A stretch of 64,000 nt of DNA. Source: Nitrososphaeraceae archaeon (GTDB lineage: Archaea > Thermoproteota > Nitrososphaeria > Nitrososphaerales > Nitrososphaeraceae). The first letter of the stretch is position 1; each line of letters opens with the position of its first letter. The stretch spans positions 3,710-67,709 of the forward strand of contig JADDOW010000046.1 of the NCBI GenBank assembly GCA_016782225.1. The letters run 5' to 3'. A model generated the notes under the pieces. That model searched no databases. It was not told where the DNA came from and saw only the letters and a list, made by a program, of their open reading frames with translations. The translations under genes and the position numbers were made by a program. Shown here piece after piece: positions 46,420-55,702 of the stretch.

Positions 46420-46467
46420 TTACCAATATTTATTAATTGTTTCACACCAAATTCTATTGATAATACA

Positions 46468-47589
46468 ATGGGAATGGAATTTTATGGTGACTCTTATAAA
46501 GGAAATGATGAACCAATTTTTGTCGGCATACCCACATTTTTAAAACTTCCAATGGTAAAAAAATACGATGAATTAAAGAAAATTAATCCTGACATTGCGA
46601 TTGTAGGGGAGCCGTTTGATTTTGGAACTACCATAAGACCCGGGTCCCGTTATGGTCCAAGGGCAATTAGGGCAGCTTCTACTGTTCCATCTCCGCCGTA
46701 TGAGCATTTTAATATAGAAACAGGGGTTGATCCTTTCGGAGTTTTTAAAGCAGTAGATTATGGTGATGTTAATATATCTCCGGGAGATGTTATCGAATCT
46801 CACAGGCGAATGACAAATAAAATAAAAGAGGTTTTGGACATTGATGCTATACCAATTATTTTGGGTGGTGATCATTCTGTAACTTTTGCTAATGTTCGTG
46901 CACTTTCAAAAAAATATAAAAATATTGGAATGATACATATAGATTGTCATGCAGATTGCGCGCCTCAAGGACTCTGTGGGTTCAAATATGATCACGGAGC
47001 TCATATTCGAAGGATAATGGAGTTAGGCTGCCTTAAAGGTAAAAACTATACGTTAATTGGTCCAAGGGGATATTGGCCTGGCCCGGATTTGTATAAATGG
47101 ATGGCAGACCAAGATTTCCAATGGTTTACTATGCTTGATGTGGAAGAGTTAGGAATAGATCAAATTGCTAAAGAAGCCGCAGATAGAGCGAATGATAATG
47201 TAGATGCAGTTTATGTAAGCTGGGATATCGATACATTTGATCCGGCATATGCACCTGGTACGGGTGAGCCTGAACCAAACGGTTTAACTTCAAGGGAAGG
47301 TATGCGTTTAATGAGATTACTGTCCACATCGTTTGATCCTGATCGATTTGCATTTGATCTTGTAGAGGTATCCCCAACATACGATGTGAGTGATGTTAAT
47401 TCCTATAACGGGGGCATTACTTCCGGTTTGGCTAATAGATTGATAGTTGAACTAATGGCCGGACTATCGTTAACAAAGCGAGGAGAAACCGAAGGAAAAC
47501 CTGTTAGACCAAAGTTTTACCGAGGTAAAGGGCATACTTATGATTTTGGAAATGGCCCTAAAGCCAAAATTCCAAAGAGAGACAAATAA
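46468..47589 (+). CDS. arginase-family ureohydrolase (agmatinase / guanidino-acid hydrolase type)
   Basis: All binuclear-metal motifs are present: ILGGDHSVTF, IHIDCHADC, SWDIDTFDPAYAPGTG, DLVEVSP. 373 aa with a basic C-terminal extension. Confidence 0.85.
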   Translation: MGMEFYGDSYKGNDEPIFVGIPTFLKLPMVKKYDELKKINPDIAIVGEPFDFGTTIRPGSRYGPRAIRAASTVPSPPYEHFNIETGVDPFGVFKAVDYGDVNISPGDVIESHRRMTNKIKEVLDIDAIPIILGGDHSVTFANVRALSKKYKNIGMIHIDCHADCAPQGLCGFKYDHGAHIRRIMELGCLKGKNYTLIGPRGYWPGPDLYKWMADQDFQWFTMLDVEELGIDQIAKEAADRANDNVDAVYVSWDIDTFDPAYAPGTGEPEPNGLTSREGMRLMRLLSTSFDPDRFAFDLVEVSPTYDVSDVNSYNGGITSGLANRLIVELMAGLSLTKRGETEGKPVRPKFYRGKGHTYDFGNGPKAKIPKRDK

Positions 47590-47906
47590 TTATATTTTAC
47601 TCTTTTTTTGTAAATCTGATATGATTATTTATGCATAATAATTATTTAATATCATTCTTTAACATCATAAACGACAATAATCTTTTAATTCACTTGCTTT
47701 GTATAAAAACAGTGTGATTCGTTATGATTGCATTAACTAATAAAAATAGTGATATTATATATAAAATAGTGCATATTATCGTTAAAAAATAATGTTTATA
47801 GCGTAAAACTGTCCATACTCTTATCTCCAGTTGTCTTTAGATTAGATATATTAATACTAATAAATAAATAATACAAGAAATATAATTGCACTAAACTTTT
47901 ATTTAC

Positions 47907-49610
47907 CTAATAATAGTGATGACTTGGCCGTTGTTGTTTACCTAATTTGTCAAAATAGTGATCGTGTTTTTTTTCTCCCCCCTCATGAGCATGTTCAGTT
48001 CCATCTTCATGGGTATGCGTATTCATCAATGGCTTTTTGAATAAAACATCGTCTATATTGATCAAAAGGCTACTTACTTCTACAGCTGTGTTTAGTACTT
48101 GTTCTTTTAGTATTGAGGGCTCGATAATTTCAGAACTTAACTCCTCGATATTCTTATTTAGATTGTTTATTCCAACCCACTTTACGTTTTCATCAAAAGT
48201 ACTGTTTGATAATTTAGTTTTAAGATGGATGAGTGAATCAATTACATTCATGCCCGAGTTTTTTGCGAGAGTCAGCGGAATTTCCTCAAGCGCCTCAGAA
48301 AACTTCATTAATACTATTTGTTCTTTTCCACTAAACTCCAAAGCTTTTTTTCTTATGTATTGGGCAATTAATGCCTCACAAGCCCCACCTCCTACAACAA
48401 TAAATGGTTTGGAATTGAATCTTTTTATTAGTTTTAAAGTGCTCAATACGGCACGGTGGTATTCATCAAGTATCATTTTCGAATTTGCACGTATTAATAT
48501 AGTTACTGATTTTGGGGATCTACAACCTTCAACAAATACCATTTTATCGTCGCCTACCATTTTCTCGTAAACTTTGCCTGCATACCCTAAATTCTCTTTT
48601 AGGTCATAACTGCTTAATTCTTTGGTTATCTTTCCACCAGTAGCTTTTTCTAACCAGTGTAAATCATTCTCTTTCACTCTTTTAATGGACATTATTCCAA
48701 ATTTAGACATATAGTCTTGTGCTCTTGAATCAATACCTTTACGAGAAACCACTACATTTGCGCCACAGTTAACTATGTTTTGAATTTTAGATTTTGTAAT
48801 CTCATTTTCTTTATTAATAAATAACTGCATCTGGTTAGGACTGTTAACAGATATTTCTGCGTCTGCTCTAGTTCTCTTTAGCCCAAGCTCCTCGTCAAGT
48901 AAAAGAATATTTGCATTTTCAATAAATTTGGGCATGGCGCCATTATCTATTGTTTTATCTATTAAAATTCCATTTATGAGTTGGCTATCAGACGTGTTGC
49001 CTATTTTTTCTTCAATTTTGATATCGTCTATTTCCAACACATTGTTGTTATTACTGTAAATTGTTTTAATTGCATTAACTGTAATTTCGGCGACTTTACT
49101 TGTTTCATGGGGATTATATGGTGAAATAATCTTTGTTCCTAAACATGACTTTGCAATTTTTTCCATAACTTTGAAATCTTTGTCACTCTCTTTTATCGAA
49201 ATACTGTGCAACAACTCTAAAGATAATCTTAAACCCATGTCGAATCCGTTGATAATTGTCGCTGGAGAGAATTTATTTTTTAATAGATCTTCAGCTTTTT
49301 CTAAAAGCGAACCCACAATAATGACAACTGATGTTGTCCCATCCCCCACCTCATTATCAACCGTATTGGACGCATCAATCAATACCTTTGCTGCAGGATG
49401 ACCCACATCGATTTTACGTAGAAATGTTGCACCATCTTTCGTTAAGGTGGACTCACCAATAATGTCTATATAGATTTTTTCTCTTCCTTGAGGGCCAAAA
49501 AAGTTTTGCACAAGATCCTTTATCATTTTAGCGGCCAACAAATTGTAATGCCTGACTTGACCTCCTGTAGTCCGTTCGGTATCTTTATCTATTATCTCTT
49601 GGTGTGACAC
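47907..49610 (-). CDS. ths: thermosome (group II chaperonin) subunit, divergent paralogue with a His-rich tail
   Basis: TKDGATFLRKIDVGHPAAKVLIDASNTVDNEVGDGTTSVVII and VVGGGACEALIA. GTG start. The C-terminal 40 aa contain 8 His. Confidence 0.9.
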   Translation of the reverse strand: MSHQEIIDKDTERTTGGQVRHYNLLAAKMIKDLVQNFFGPQGREKIYIDIIGESTLTKDGATFLRKIDVGHPAAKVLIDASNTVDNEVGDGTTSVVIIVGSLLEKAEDLLKNKFSPATIINGFDMGLRLSLELLHSISIKESDKDFKVMEKIAKSCLGTKIISPYNPHETSKVAEITVNAIKTIYSNNNNVLEIDDIKIEEKIGNTSDSQLINGILIDKTIDNGAMPKFIENANILLLDEELGLKRTRADAEISVNSPNQMQLFINKENEITKSKIQNIVNCGANVVVSRKGIDSRAQDYMSKFGIMSIKRVKENDLHWLEKATGGKITKELSSYDLKENLGYAGKVYEKMVGDDKMVFVEGCRSPKSVTILIRANSKMILDEYHRAVLSTLKLIKRFNSKPFIVVGGGACEALIAQYIRKKALEFSGKEQIVLMKFSEALEEIPLTLAKNSGMNVIDSLIHLKTKLSNSTFDENVKWVGINNLNKNIEELSSEIIEPSILKEQVLNTAVEVSSLLINIDDVLFKKPLMNTHTHEDGTEHAHEGGEKKHDHYFDKLGKQQRPSHHYY

Positions 49611-49785
49611 GATCTTTAATTATTTTCGATAGTTATATATGATAACATGAAAAATGTATATTACTAAAAAATTACAAAATCTGCTGAAAATGCAAAAGTA
49701 GTTTACGTATTATAAAATAAGATAAAATGCGTAATTTCAATTTTTTTTCAATACTTTTTTATAGTTATCAAATATTAATTCCCTT

Positions 49786-50073
49786 ATGACTGCTGTAACA
49801 ACAGATATTGAAATTGAAGGGGCATCTAGAAAAGCAATACAGGCATTATTTGGCCCAAACATCCAAAACTTCAAAGTTCGTGAGGTGTTTCCATTTTCCT
49901 CTGAACAGATTGTTGCTCATAGTGATGGACACACTCCTCAATCAAGGGATGGCTGGGATGTTCAAGTTATATTCTTACTCGATAACCAACAATACACAGT
50001 AGATCTTATCATTCAGGAAAAAGACGGACAAGTAAATTATGTAAGGCTTATTGACAAGATGACTCCATTATAA
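49786..50073 (+). CDS. hypothetical protein
   Basis: 95-aa ORF with no recognisable motif, directly upstream of the USP gene. Confidence 0.45.
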   Translation: MTAVTTDIEIEGASRKAIQALFGPNIQNFKVREVFPFSSEQIVAHSDGHTPQSRDGWDVQVIFLLDNQQYTVDLIIQEKDGQVNYVRLIDKMTPL

Positions 50074-50083
50074 TTTTTTTAGA

Positions 50084-50542
50084 ATGCTTTTTAACAATAT
50101 TTTACTGGCATTTGATAACTCTAATGCTTCTAAAAACGCAGCGGAATATGCCATAAACTTGGCCGCTTTAGAAAACTCCACTCTCACTTTTATTCATGTT
50201 ATTGACGATATCAAACAAGGGGGGGCAATAGGTCTTAGAGCGCGTTACGGGGATGTGGATTTGGTAAATGGATTCAAAAAATCACGACGTCAATATGCAG
50301 AGGAATGGGTAAAACCTTTGCAAAAGAGGGCAAATGATAAGGGCATTAAGACTAATGTTGCCATATTAGAAGAGGAAGGGGGATCAAAGTTAGAGATAAT
50401 TACACAATATATAAACGAGAACAATATTGATCTTGTTGTAATGGGCTCCAGGGGTCTCTCAAGGTTTAAACAATTGATATTAGGAAGCATTGCTTTTGGT
50501 CTGATTAGTTATTCTAAGTGCCCTGTATTGGTAATTAGATAA
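50084..50542 (+). CDS. universal stress protein (UspA family)
   Basis: ILLAFDNSNASKNAAEYAINLA...FIHVID...DLVVMGSRGLSRFKQLILGSIAFGLISYSKCPVLVI. Confidence 0.8.
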   Translation: MLFNNILLAFDNSNASKNAAEYAINLAALENSTLTFIHVIDDIKQGGAIGLRARYGDVDLVNGFKKSRRQYAEEWVKPLQKRANDKGIKTNVAILEEEGGSKLEIITQYINENNIDLVVMGSRGLSRFKQLILGSIAFGLISYSKCPVLVIR

Positions 50543-50561
50543 CTTTTCAAATTATGATGAC

Positions 50562-51317
50562 TTAATTGTTTTTTACATAATTCGCAAGTATTTCCTTAAT
50601 AAAATCATTTATGTCATTACCATTTTGTTTTGCTTTTTCTTCAAGACTATTCCAAAGATCTTTGTCTTTAATTTTAGATGGATTAAAAACTAATCTTACT
50701 GTTAACAATCCTTTTGGTGCCCCTCGTTTAACCCCTAATTTTAGCATCTCTTCGTTCAGAGAATTTAGTGAATTAGATGAAGCTAATCTGTCTTGGATGT
50801 GTTTTGGCTGCCTGGCAATTTTTATGCCTTCGTGCAACGTAATCTCTTCTCTTTCGATTTTCTCTTGTAATTGTTCTGGCAGGGTCAAAATACTTAGCCA
50901 TTCGCTGATAGTACTTTTTGGTAGACCATATCTCTGAGAGACTCCTGTGATACCTGATTTTGAAGATCCTACCAACTTTTTTACCATTTTTGCTTTTTCT
51001 AATGGTGACAGGTCTTTGCGTATTAAATTTTCAAACAATGACGCAGCTTCAGCCTCTGCGCCCTTTAGCTTTGTGACAATAACGGGAATCTCTTTTTCGC
51101 CTTTATTATGAAGGGCTAAAAATCTTCTTCGTCCTATCAGTAATTTATATCTCTTGGATTTAGTATCAAAACGCACTACTAGTGGTTGAAGTAAGTCAAA
51201 TTTCGATAGATGCTCTTTCATGAGATTATCGCTTTGATCTTTACCAAATACCATATCCTTTCGAACGTTTTCTTTTGCTATATCTATAAGGTCGATAGGA
51301 ATATTTTTAATTTTCAT
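50562..51317 (-). CDS. ParB/Srx-fold N-terminal domain protein with HTH and a C-terminal RHH-like tail
   Basis: IPIDLIDIAKENVR, LLQPLVVRF...YKLLIGRRRFLAL (arginine patch), KSTISEWLSIL (HTH), and the tail LTVRLVFNPS...NDFIKEILANYV. Confidence 0.7.
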   Translation of the reverse strand: MKIKNIPIDLIDIAKENVRKDMVFGKDQSDNLMKEHLSKFDLLQPLVVRFDTKSKRYKLLIGRRRFLALHNKGEKEIPVIVTKLKGAEAEAASLFENLIRKDLSPLEKAKMVKKLVGSSKSGITGVSQRYGLPKSTISEWLSILTLPEQLQEKIEREEITLHEGIKIARQPKHIQDRLASSNSLNSLNEEMLKLGVKRGAPKGLLTVRLVFNPSKIKDKDLWNSLEEKAKQNGNDINDFIKEILANYVKNN

Positions 51318-51553
51318 TTATTAATTGGTATATATTAATAATTTTATTTATTAATACTTTAACTTTAAAATAATTGTAATGTTGGCTTATTTACATCAGT
51401 AAAATGAATAATTAATTTGTGAATATTCATTCATAAACTAAAGATAAAAACAATCTTTATATCTTTCAGTTTATTTCTTATATGAATGTCAAGTTTTATA
51501 GAGTCAGATAAAGAATTAGATGGTTTTGACAATACCTGCAATTGAGGCTGTGT

Positions 51554-52075
51554 ATGTTGTTTAAAATAATTAAAAACTTATTCAGATCAAATGACAGTTT
51601 TATTCCTAAAGAACACAAAAAAATTGAACAAAAATCAATTTTGGAGGAATTAATAAAACTAGGTGAAAAAGAGGCTAATAGGCATAATTTCAATGCTGCT
51701 TTGAAATGCTTTGAAAAAGCAATTGAAATAGACCCGCACTATGATTATTCGTATGGAGACAAGGCATTGATATTGGATAAAATGGGCAGGTTTGATGAAT
51801 CGTTAGATATGTTCTCTAAAGCACTTGAGTTAAATCCAAAAAATTCAATAACTTGGTATAATAATGGATTGACATACCTGAATTTACAAAAAATAGATGA
51901 AGCAATAAGATGCTTTGACAATGCAATATCTATTGATGAAAGTTATGCTAAAGCGTGGTATAATAAAGGCAGGTGTCTTGATATGCGGGGAGACTCGGAG
52001 AAAGCACAAGTTTGCTTAAACAAGGCTAGAAAATTAGATCCTCTTTTGTTTATAAAAGTAAAAAAATATTCATAG
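51554..52075 (+). CDS. TPR-repeat protein
   Basis: Four 34-aa repeats of the type AxxxFEKAIEIDPxYxxxYxxKALxL / AWYNKGRCL. Confidence 0.75.
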   Translation: MLFKIIKNLFRSNDSFIPKEHKKIEQKSILEELIKLGEKEANRHNFNAALKCFEKAIEIDPHYDYSYGDKALILDKMGRFDESLDMFSKALELNPKNSITWYNNGLTYLNLQKIDEAIRCFDNAISIDESYAKAWYNKGRCLDMRGDSEKAQVCLNKARKLDPLLFIKVKKYS

Positions 52076-52410
52076 GAGATAATGATCCATAATTTAAATA
52101 AATTGCATGTTTGTTTAATCTTTTTGTCCACTCCATAATTCCCCAATTAAAGGAAGTTTATATCCAATTTTTTAAATTATGTTGCTATTGTATGCTAAAG
52201 AATATTTTGTTTAATGGTATTTAGGATATGTTGATAAATTGCATAATGTTTGATTCTTTATGCCATTGTGTTATCTTATTTGCATATCTGCTAATACGTT
52301 TGTTGTTTTATGTGTAATGTTCAATTTGTTTTAGTTAAATTGCGATTGTTTTTAGATGTATCTATTTTGAAAGAATTAAAGTTTATTTGATTGGATTGAT
52401 ACCGAACTCT

Positions 52411-52774
52411 ATGAAAGAAATAAATGTTTTTGTTCGCCATAATGATCTTTCTAGAGTAACAGATATTATCCAAAAACATAAGGCCGGTATTACATTTTTT
52501 GATATACAAGGTACGGGAACAACACCTAGATCAATTCCTGAAGTAGTACATGCATATCAAACCGGAAGAAAAACCGTTCCCGAGATTTATAGGCGGAATT
52601 CTTGTTATATCTATTGTATCGGATTCAACTACGAAACTATTAGTTGAAGAGATTCTAAATAGTTTTGGTGCCCAACAAGAAGAACCTCTTGGTGTTCTTT
52701 TTGTTAAAGACGTAGTCGATGCCTATGAACTAGGAACAAAAATATCTGGCGATAAGGTAGTGGATTTACAGTAA
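52411..52774 (+). pseudogene. PII-like (GlnB/GlnK superfamily) gene split by a 1-nt frameshift
   Basis: Frame A reads MKEINVFVRHNDLSRVTDIIQKHKAGITFFDIQGTGTT...AYQTGRKTVPE. Frame B continues FIGGILVISIVSDSTTKLLVEEILNSFGAQQEEPLGVLFVKDVVDAYELGT. Together they give a full beta-alpha-beta x2 PII pattern. The junction is near 52565-52586. Confidence 0.65.
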
Positions 52775-52889
52775 TTTAACATACAGTAGTGCTCATTCAG
52801 ATTACTGGGCTTTTTTTGATACAGTTAATTTAGTAACTGAGGTGATTAAAATGAATTGTTTAATTCATTAAATTAACATTTGAATTTAC

Positions 52890-53357
52890 TCATTGATAAT
52901 TTATCAGTTCGTTTGTTGTTATTGATCTTGCGCAATATTGACATCTTAATATTATGGATTTCTTATCGATTATTTCGATTTTAGATTTCAAACCCTCTTC
53001 TGTATTTGTAATGCATCTCAAATTTGGACATTTAAAAAAACCTATAATGTTATCGGGCAGTTGTATCCTCCTTTTTTCACTCAATGTATAGTTTTTAATT
53101 ATATTTATTGTAGCATTTGGAGCTATTAATGCGAGTTTGTCTGTTTCCTTCTTTTCTAGAAACTTATTTTCAACTTTGATAATGTCTTTTTTTCCGTGTT
53201 TTATGCTCGGAACATTCAATGCAACCGTAATTACATTTCCTTCTTGCCCTGTAATATTCAGTATATTGAGAACAAGCAGTGCCCTTGGTGATTCAATATG
53301 GTCTATTACAGTGCCGTTTTTTATCCTTCTTACTAATAGCTGACTTGATTCGGACAT
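52890..53357 (-). CDS. pyrI: aspartate carbamoyltransferase regulatory subunit
   Basis: LLVRRIKNGTVIDHI, KKDIIKVENKFL, LIAPNATINIIKNY, and the zinc domain CPNLRCITN...RCQYC. Confidence 0.85.
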   Translation of the reverse strand: MSESSQLLVRRIKNGTVIDHIESPRALLVLNILNITGQEGNVITVALNVPSIKHGKKDIIKVENKFLEKKETDKLALIAPNATINIIKNYTLSEKRRIQLPDNIIGFFKCPNLRCITNTEEGLKSKIEIIDKKSIILRCQYCARSITTNELINYQ

Positions 53358-53430
53358 CTGATTGTATTATAGAATTTATTCTAAATACTTTTTTTTGGCT
53401 TTTTATAATATTTTAGTGCCTGCAATTTGC

Positions 53431-54507
53431 TTATTTTTTGTTAAAGATTTGTCTCATTTCTTCTACCCATTTATTCTTATTCTTGTAAATTCTTTTTTTA
53501 TTTCTTGATTTGCATTTAGTTAGTAAATGTGCACAGAGAATGGGAAAATATACTGATACATCTCCATATACTACGACATTTCCTTTGTGAGATGTTTTGA
53601 TTTTTCCCCAACTTTTACCCTCTTGTAATGTTGCTCCAGAAAGACCTCCGGTATCAGGTCTTGCATCAGTAAGTTGTACTATAAAATCACTTCCTCCCTC
53701 CTTTATTTTCAATATTTGATATAGCGCAGGGCCTGTTTGTTGGAAAAAATTTTTAGGGACTCCTCCACCTAATTCAATTCCGCCAGATTTATCGCTTTTC
53801 CATAAAATTGCAGCAGATTCGGCTATATCTTGAATAACATTTATCGAAATTTTTTCATTTAGCATCAGTGGTAACATGTTTAAACCAATTGACGAATCAC
53901 TAAGAGCTGGGATGTAAACGGGTACATCTGATTTAAAGGCGGAAACCATGAATGATTTTTCGGGATGTTTGGATTTATCGGACGTGGCTTTTCCAATAGC
54001 ATATGACAAATCCGCAGTAGACCCATTTTCTATATTTTTGTTTATGTGGTAAATATCCTCAATGTTCTTTTGTATTATTGTATCTTGAGATTGAAGCGTG
54101 CCGTGTTCTTTAATGTAAACATCATAAATTCTAACTATTTGTTTTGAATATAGTATGTCATCATCAACATCAAAATGACCCTGCCTTACTGGTAAATCGT
54201 ATGCAAAATGCAAGTCATGATATGCATTGGCACCAGTTGTTACAATCCAATCGATAAAACCCTTTTCTATCATTGTTGAAATTATTTTTCCAAAACCTAT
54301 GGGAGTCATTGCTCCAGCAATTGTTAAACAAACCGTGGCATCTGTCTCAATCATTTTAGTCATGATGTCGGCGGCTTCTGCTAATCGTCTTGCATTATAA
54401 CCTGTTTTTCCAAATAAGTCTATCAGTTCTGACACTGTCATGTCTGCAAATACTTCTGGAGGATCTATTTTGTTTCCTGAAAAACTATATCGATGATTAT
54501 CGCTCAA
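53431..54507 (-). CDS. deoxyhypusine-synthase-like protein (second, divergent paralogue)
   Basis: GYNARRLAEAADIM, LTIAGAMTPIGFG, IVTTGANAYHDLH, ELGGGVPKNF and DTGGLSGATLQEGKSWGKI (Lys of the SWGK motif retained). TTG start. Confidence 0.75.
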   Translation of the reverse strand: MSDNHRYSFSGNKIDPPEVFADMTVSELIDLFGKTGYNARRLAEAADIMTKMIETDATVCLTIAGAMTPIGFGKIISTMIEKGFIDWIVTTGANAYHDLHFAYDLPVRQGHFDVDDDILYSKQIVRIYDVYIKEHGTLQSQDTIIQKNIEDIYHINKNIENGSTADLSYAIGKATSDKSKHPEKSFMVSAFKSDVPVYIPALSDSSIGLNMLPLMLNEKISINVIQDIAESAAILWKSDKSGGIELGGGVPKNFFQQTGPALYQILKIKEGGSDFIVQLTDARPDTGGLSGATLQEGKSWGKIKTSHKGNVVVYGDVSVYFPILCAHLLTKCKSRNKKRIYKNKNKWVEEMRQIFNKK

Positions 54508-54608
54508 TTCAGTTTACATTCTAATTTGTTATATGTGTAATTTAACCTGTCTTAATTTATAATAACTTCTACAGATTCATTATTACTTTTAATCATAAAA
54601 ATTATGTG

Positions 54609-54690
54609 TTTTATTGAACGACTCTAAAATATATTTTTATTGAACGACTCTAAAATATATTTTTATTGAACGACTCTAAAAAAACGACGA
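54609..54690 (+). repeat. 26-bp tandem triplication carrying the predicted start of the DHS gene
   Basis: ATTGAACGACTCTAAAATATATTTTT occurs at 54613 and 54639. A third unit at 54665 is identical for 17 nt and then continues as coding sequence. Confidence 0.9.
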
Positions 54691-55649
54691 CAAATGTTGA
54701 TAACGATTCAAATAATATTCTGTCCAAGATTGTGCAGGACTATGATATTGATGTCTCTTCTGATTTTAAACAAATTCTTCAAAATATGAATGAATCAGGT
54801 GGATTCGAAGGACGACATTTGGCAAATGGTATTGTTATACTTCAAAATATGTTGAAGGAAAAAAACTGCACGAAATTTTTATCTTTTGTAGGGGCATTAA
54901 TCTCCACTGGAAATAGGGGCATTGTTCGTGATCTAATAAAAAACAAAATGTTTAATTGTGTTATAACAACATGTGGTGCTTTGGACCATGACATTGCTAG
55001 ATCTTTTTCATATTATTATGAAGGGGATTTCGGCTTAGATGATAAAGTTCTTTTAAATAAGGATATCCATAGGTTAGGAAATATTTTAGTACCGAATAAA
55101 AACTATGGGCCATTAATTGAAAATAAACTTCAGCCTATATTACAGGGCCTTTATGATAAATCCAAATCATCTAAAGAATTTTCACCATCAGAAATCATTA
55201 ATTATATTGGCAGTAAATTAAATGATACATCGTTTCTGTATTGGGCTTTTAAGAATGACATTCCTGTATTTGTTCCTGGAATTGTTGATGGTGCGGTTGG
55301 AAATCAAATATGGTTATTCAATCAAGGTCATAGAGACTTTAAAATTGATATTTTAAAAGACCAAACTTTATTGTCTGAATTGATATTTGATTCCAATATG
55401 ACAGGTGCATTTATGCTAGGTGGTGGGATCTCCAAGCACCATACACTTTGGTGGAATCAGTATAGAGGAGGGCTTGATTATGCTGTTTATGTTACTACTT
55501 CTCCAGAGTGGGATGGAAGTTTAAGTGGTGCACTTGTTAAAGAAGCTATTTCTTGGGGAAAGGTTACTACCGAAGCAAAACAAATTACTATTCACGCAGA
55601 TGTTAGCACAATATTGCCTTTTATCTATTACGGATTAATTTCAAAATAA
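54666..55649 (+). CDS. dys: deoxyhypusine synthase (canonical archaeal/eukaryotic type)
   Basis: GGFEGRHLANGIVILQNML, FLSFVGALISTGNRGIVRDLI, VITTCGALDHDI, HRLGNILVPNKNY, MLGGGISKHH, DGSLSGALVKEAISWGKV. The TTG start is uncertain because of the upstream repeat. Confidence 0.85.
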   Translation: MNDSKKTTTNVDNDSNNILSKIVQDYDIDVSSDFKQILQNMNESGGFEGRHLANGIVILQNMLKEKNCTKFLSFVGALISTGNRGIVRDLIKNKMFNCVITTCGALDHDIARSFSYYYEGDFGLDDKVLLNKDIHRLGNILVPNKNYGPLIENKLQPILQGLYDKSKSSKEFSPSEIINYIGSKLNDTSFLYWAFKNDIPVFVPGIVDGAVGNQIWLFNQGHRDFKIDILKDQTLLSELIFDSNMTGAFMLGGGISKHHTLWWNQYRGGLDYAVYVTTSPEWDGSLSGALVKEAISWGKVTTEAKQITIHADVSTILPFIYYGLISK

Positions 55650-55702
55650 AATGGGTGTGTCTTTTATATGGGGTGAGCCAATGCGCTTAGCTTTATAAAT
55701 AG

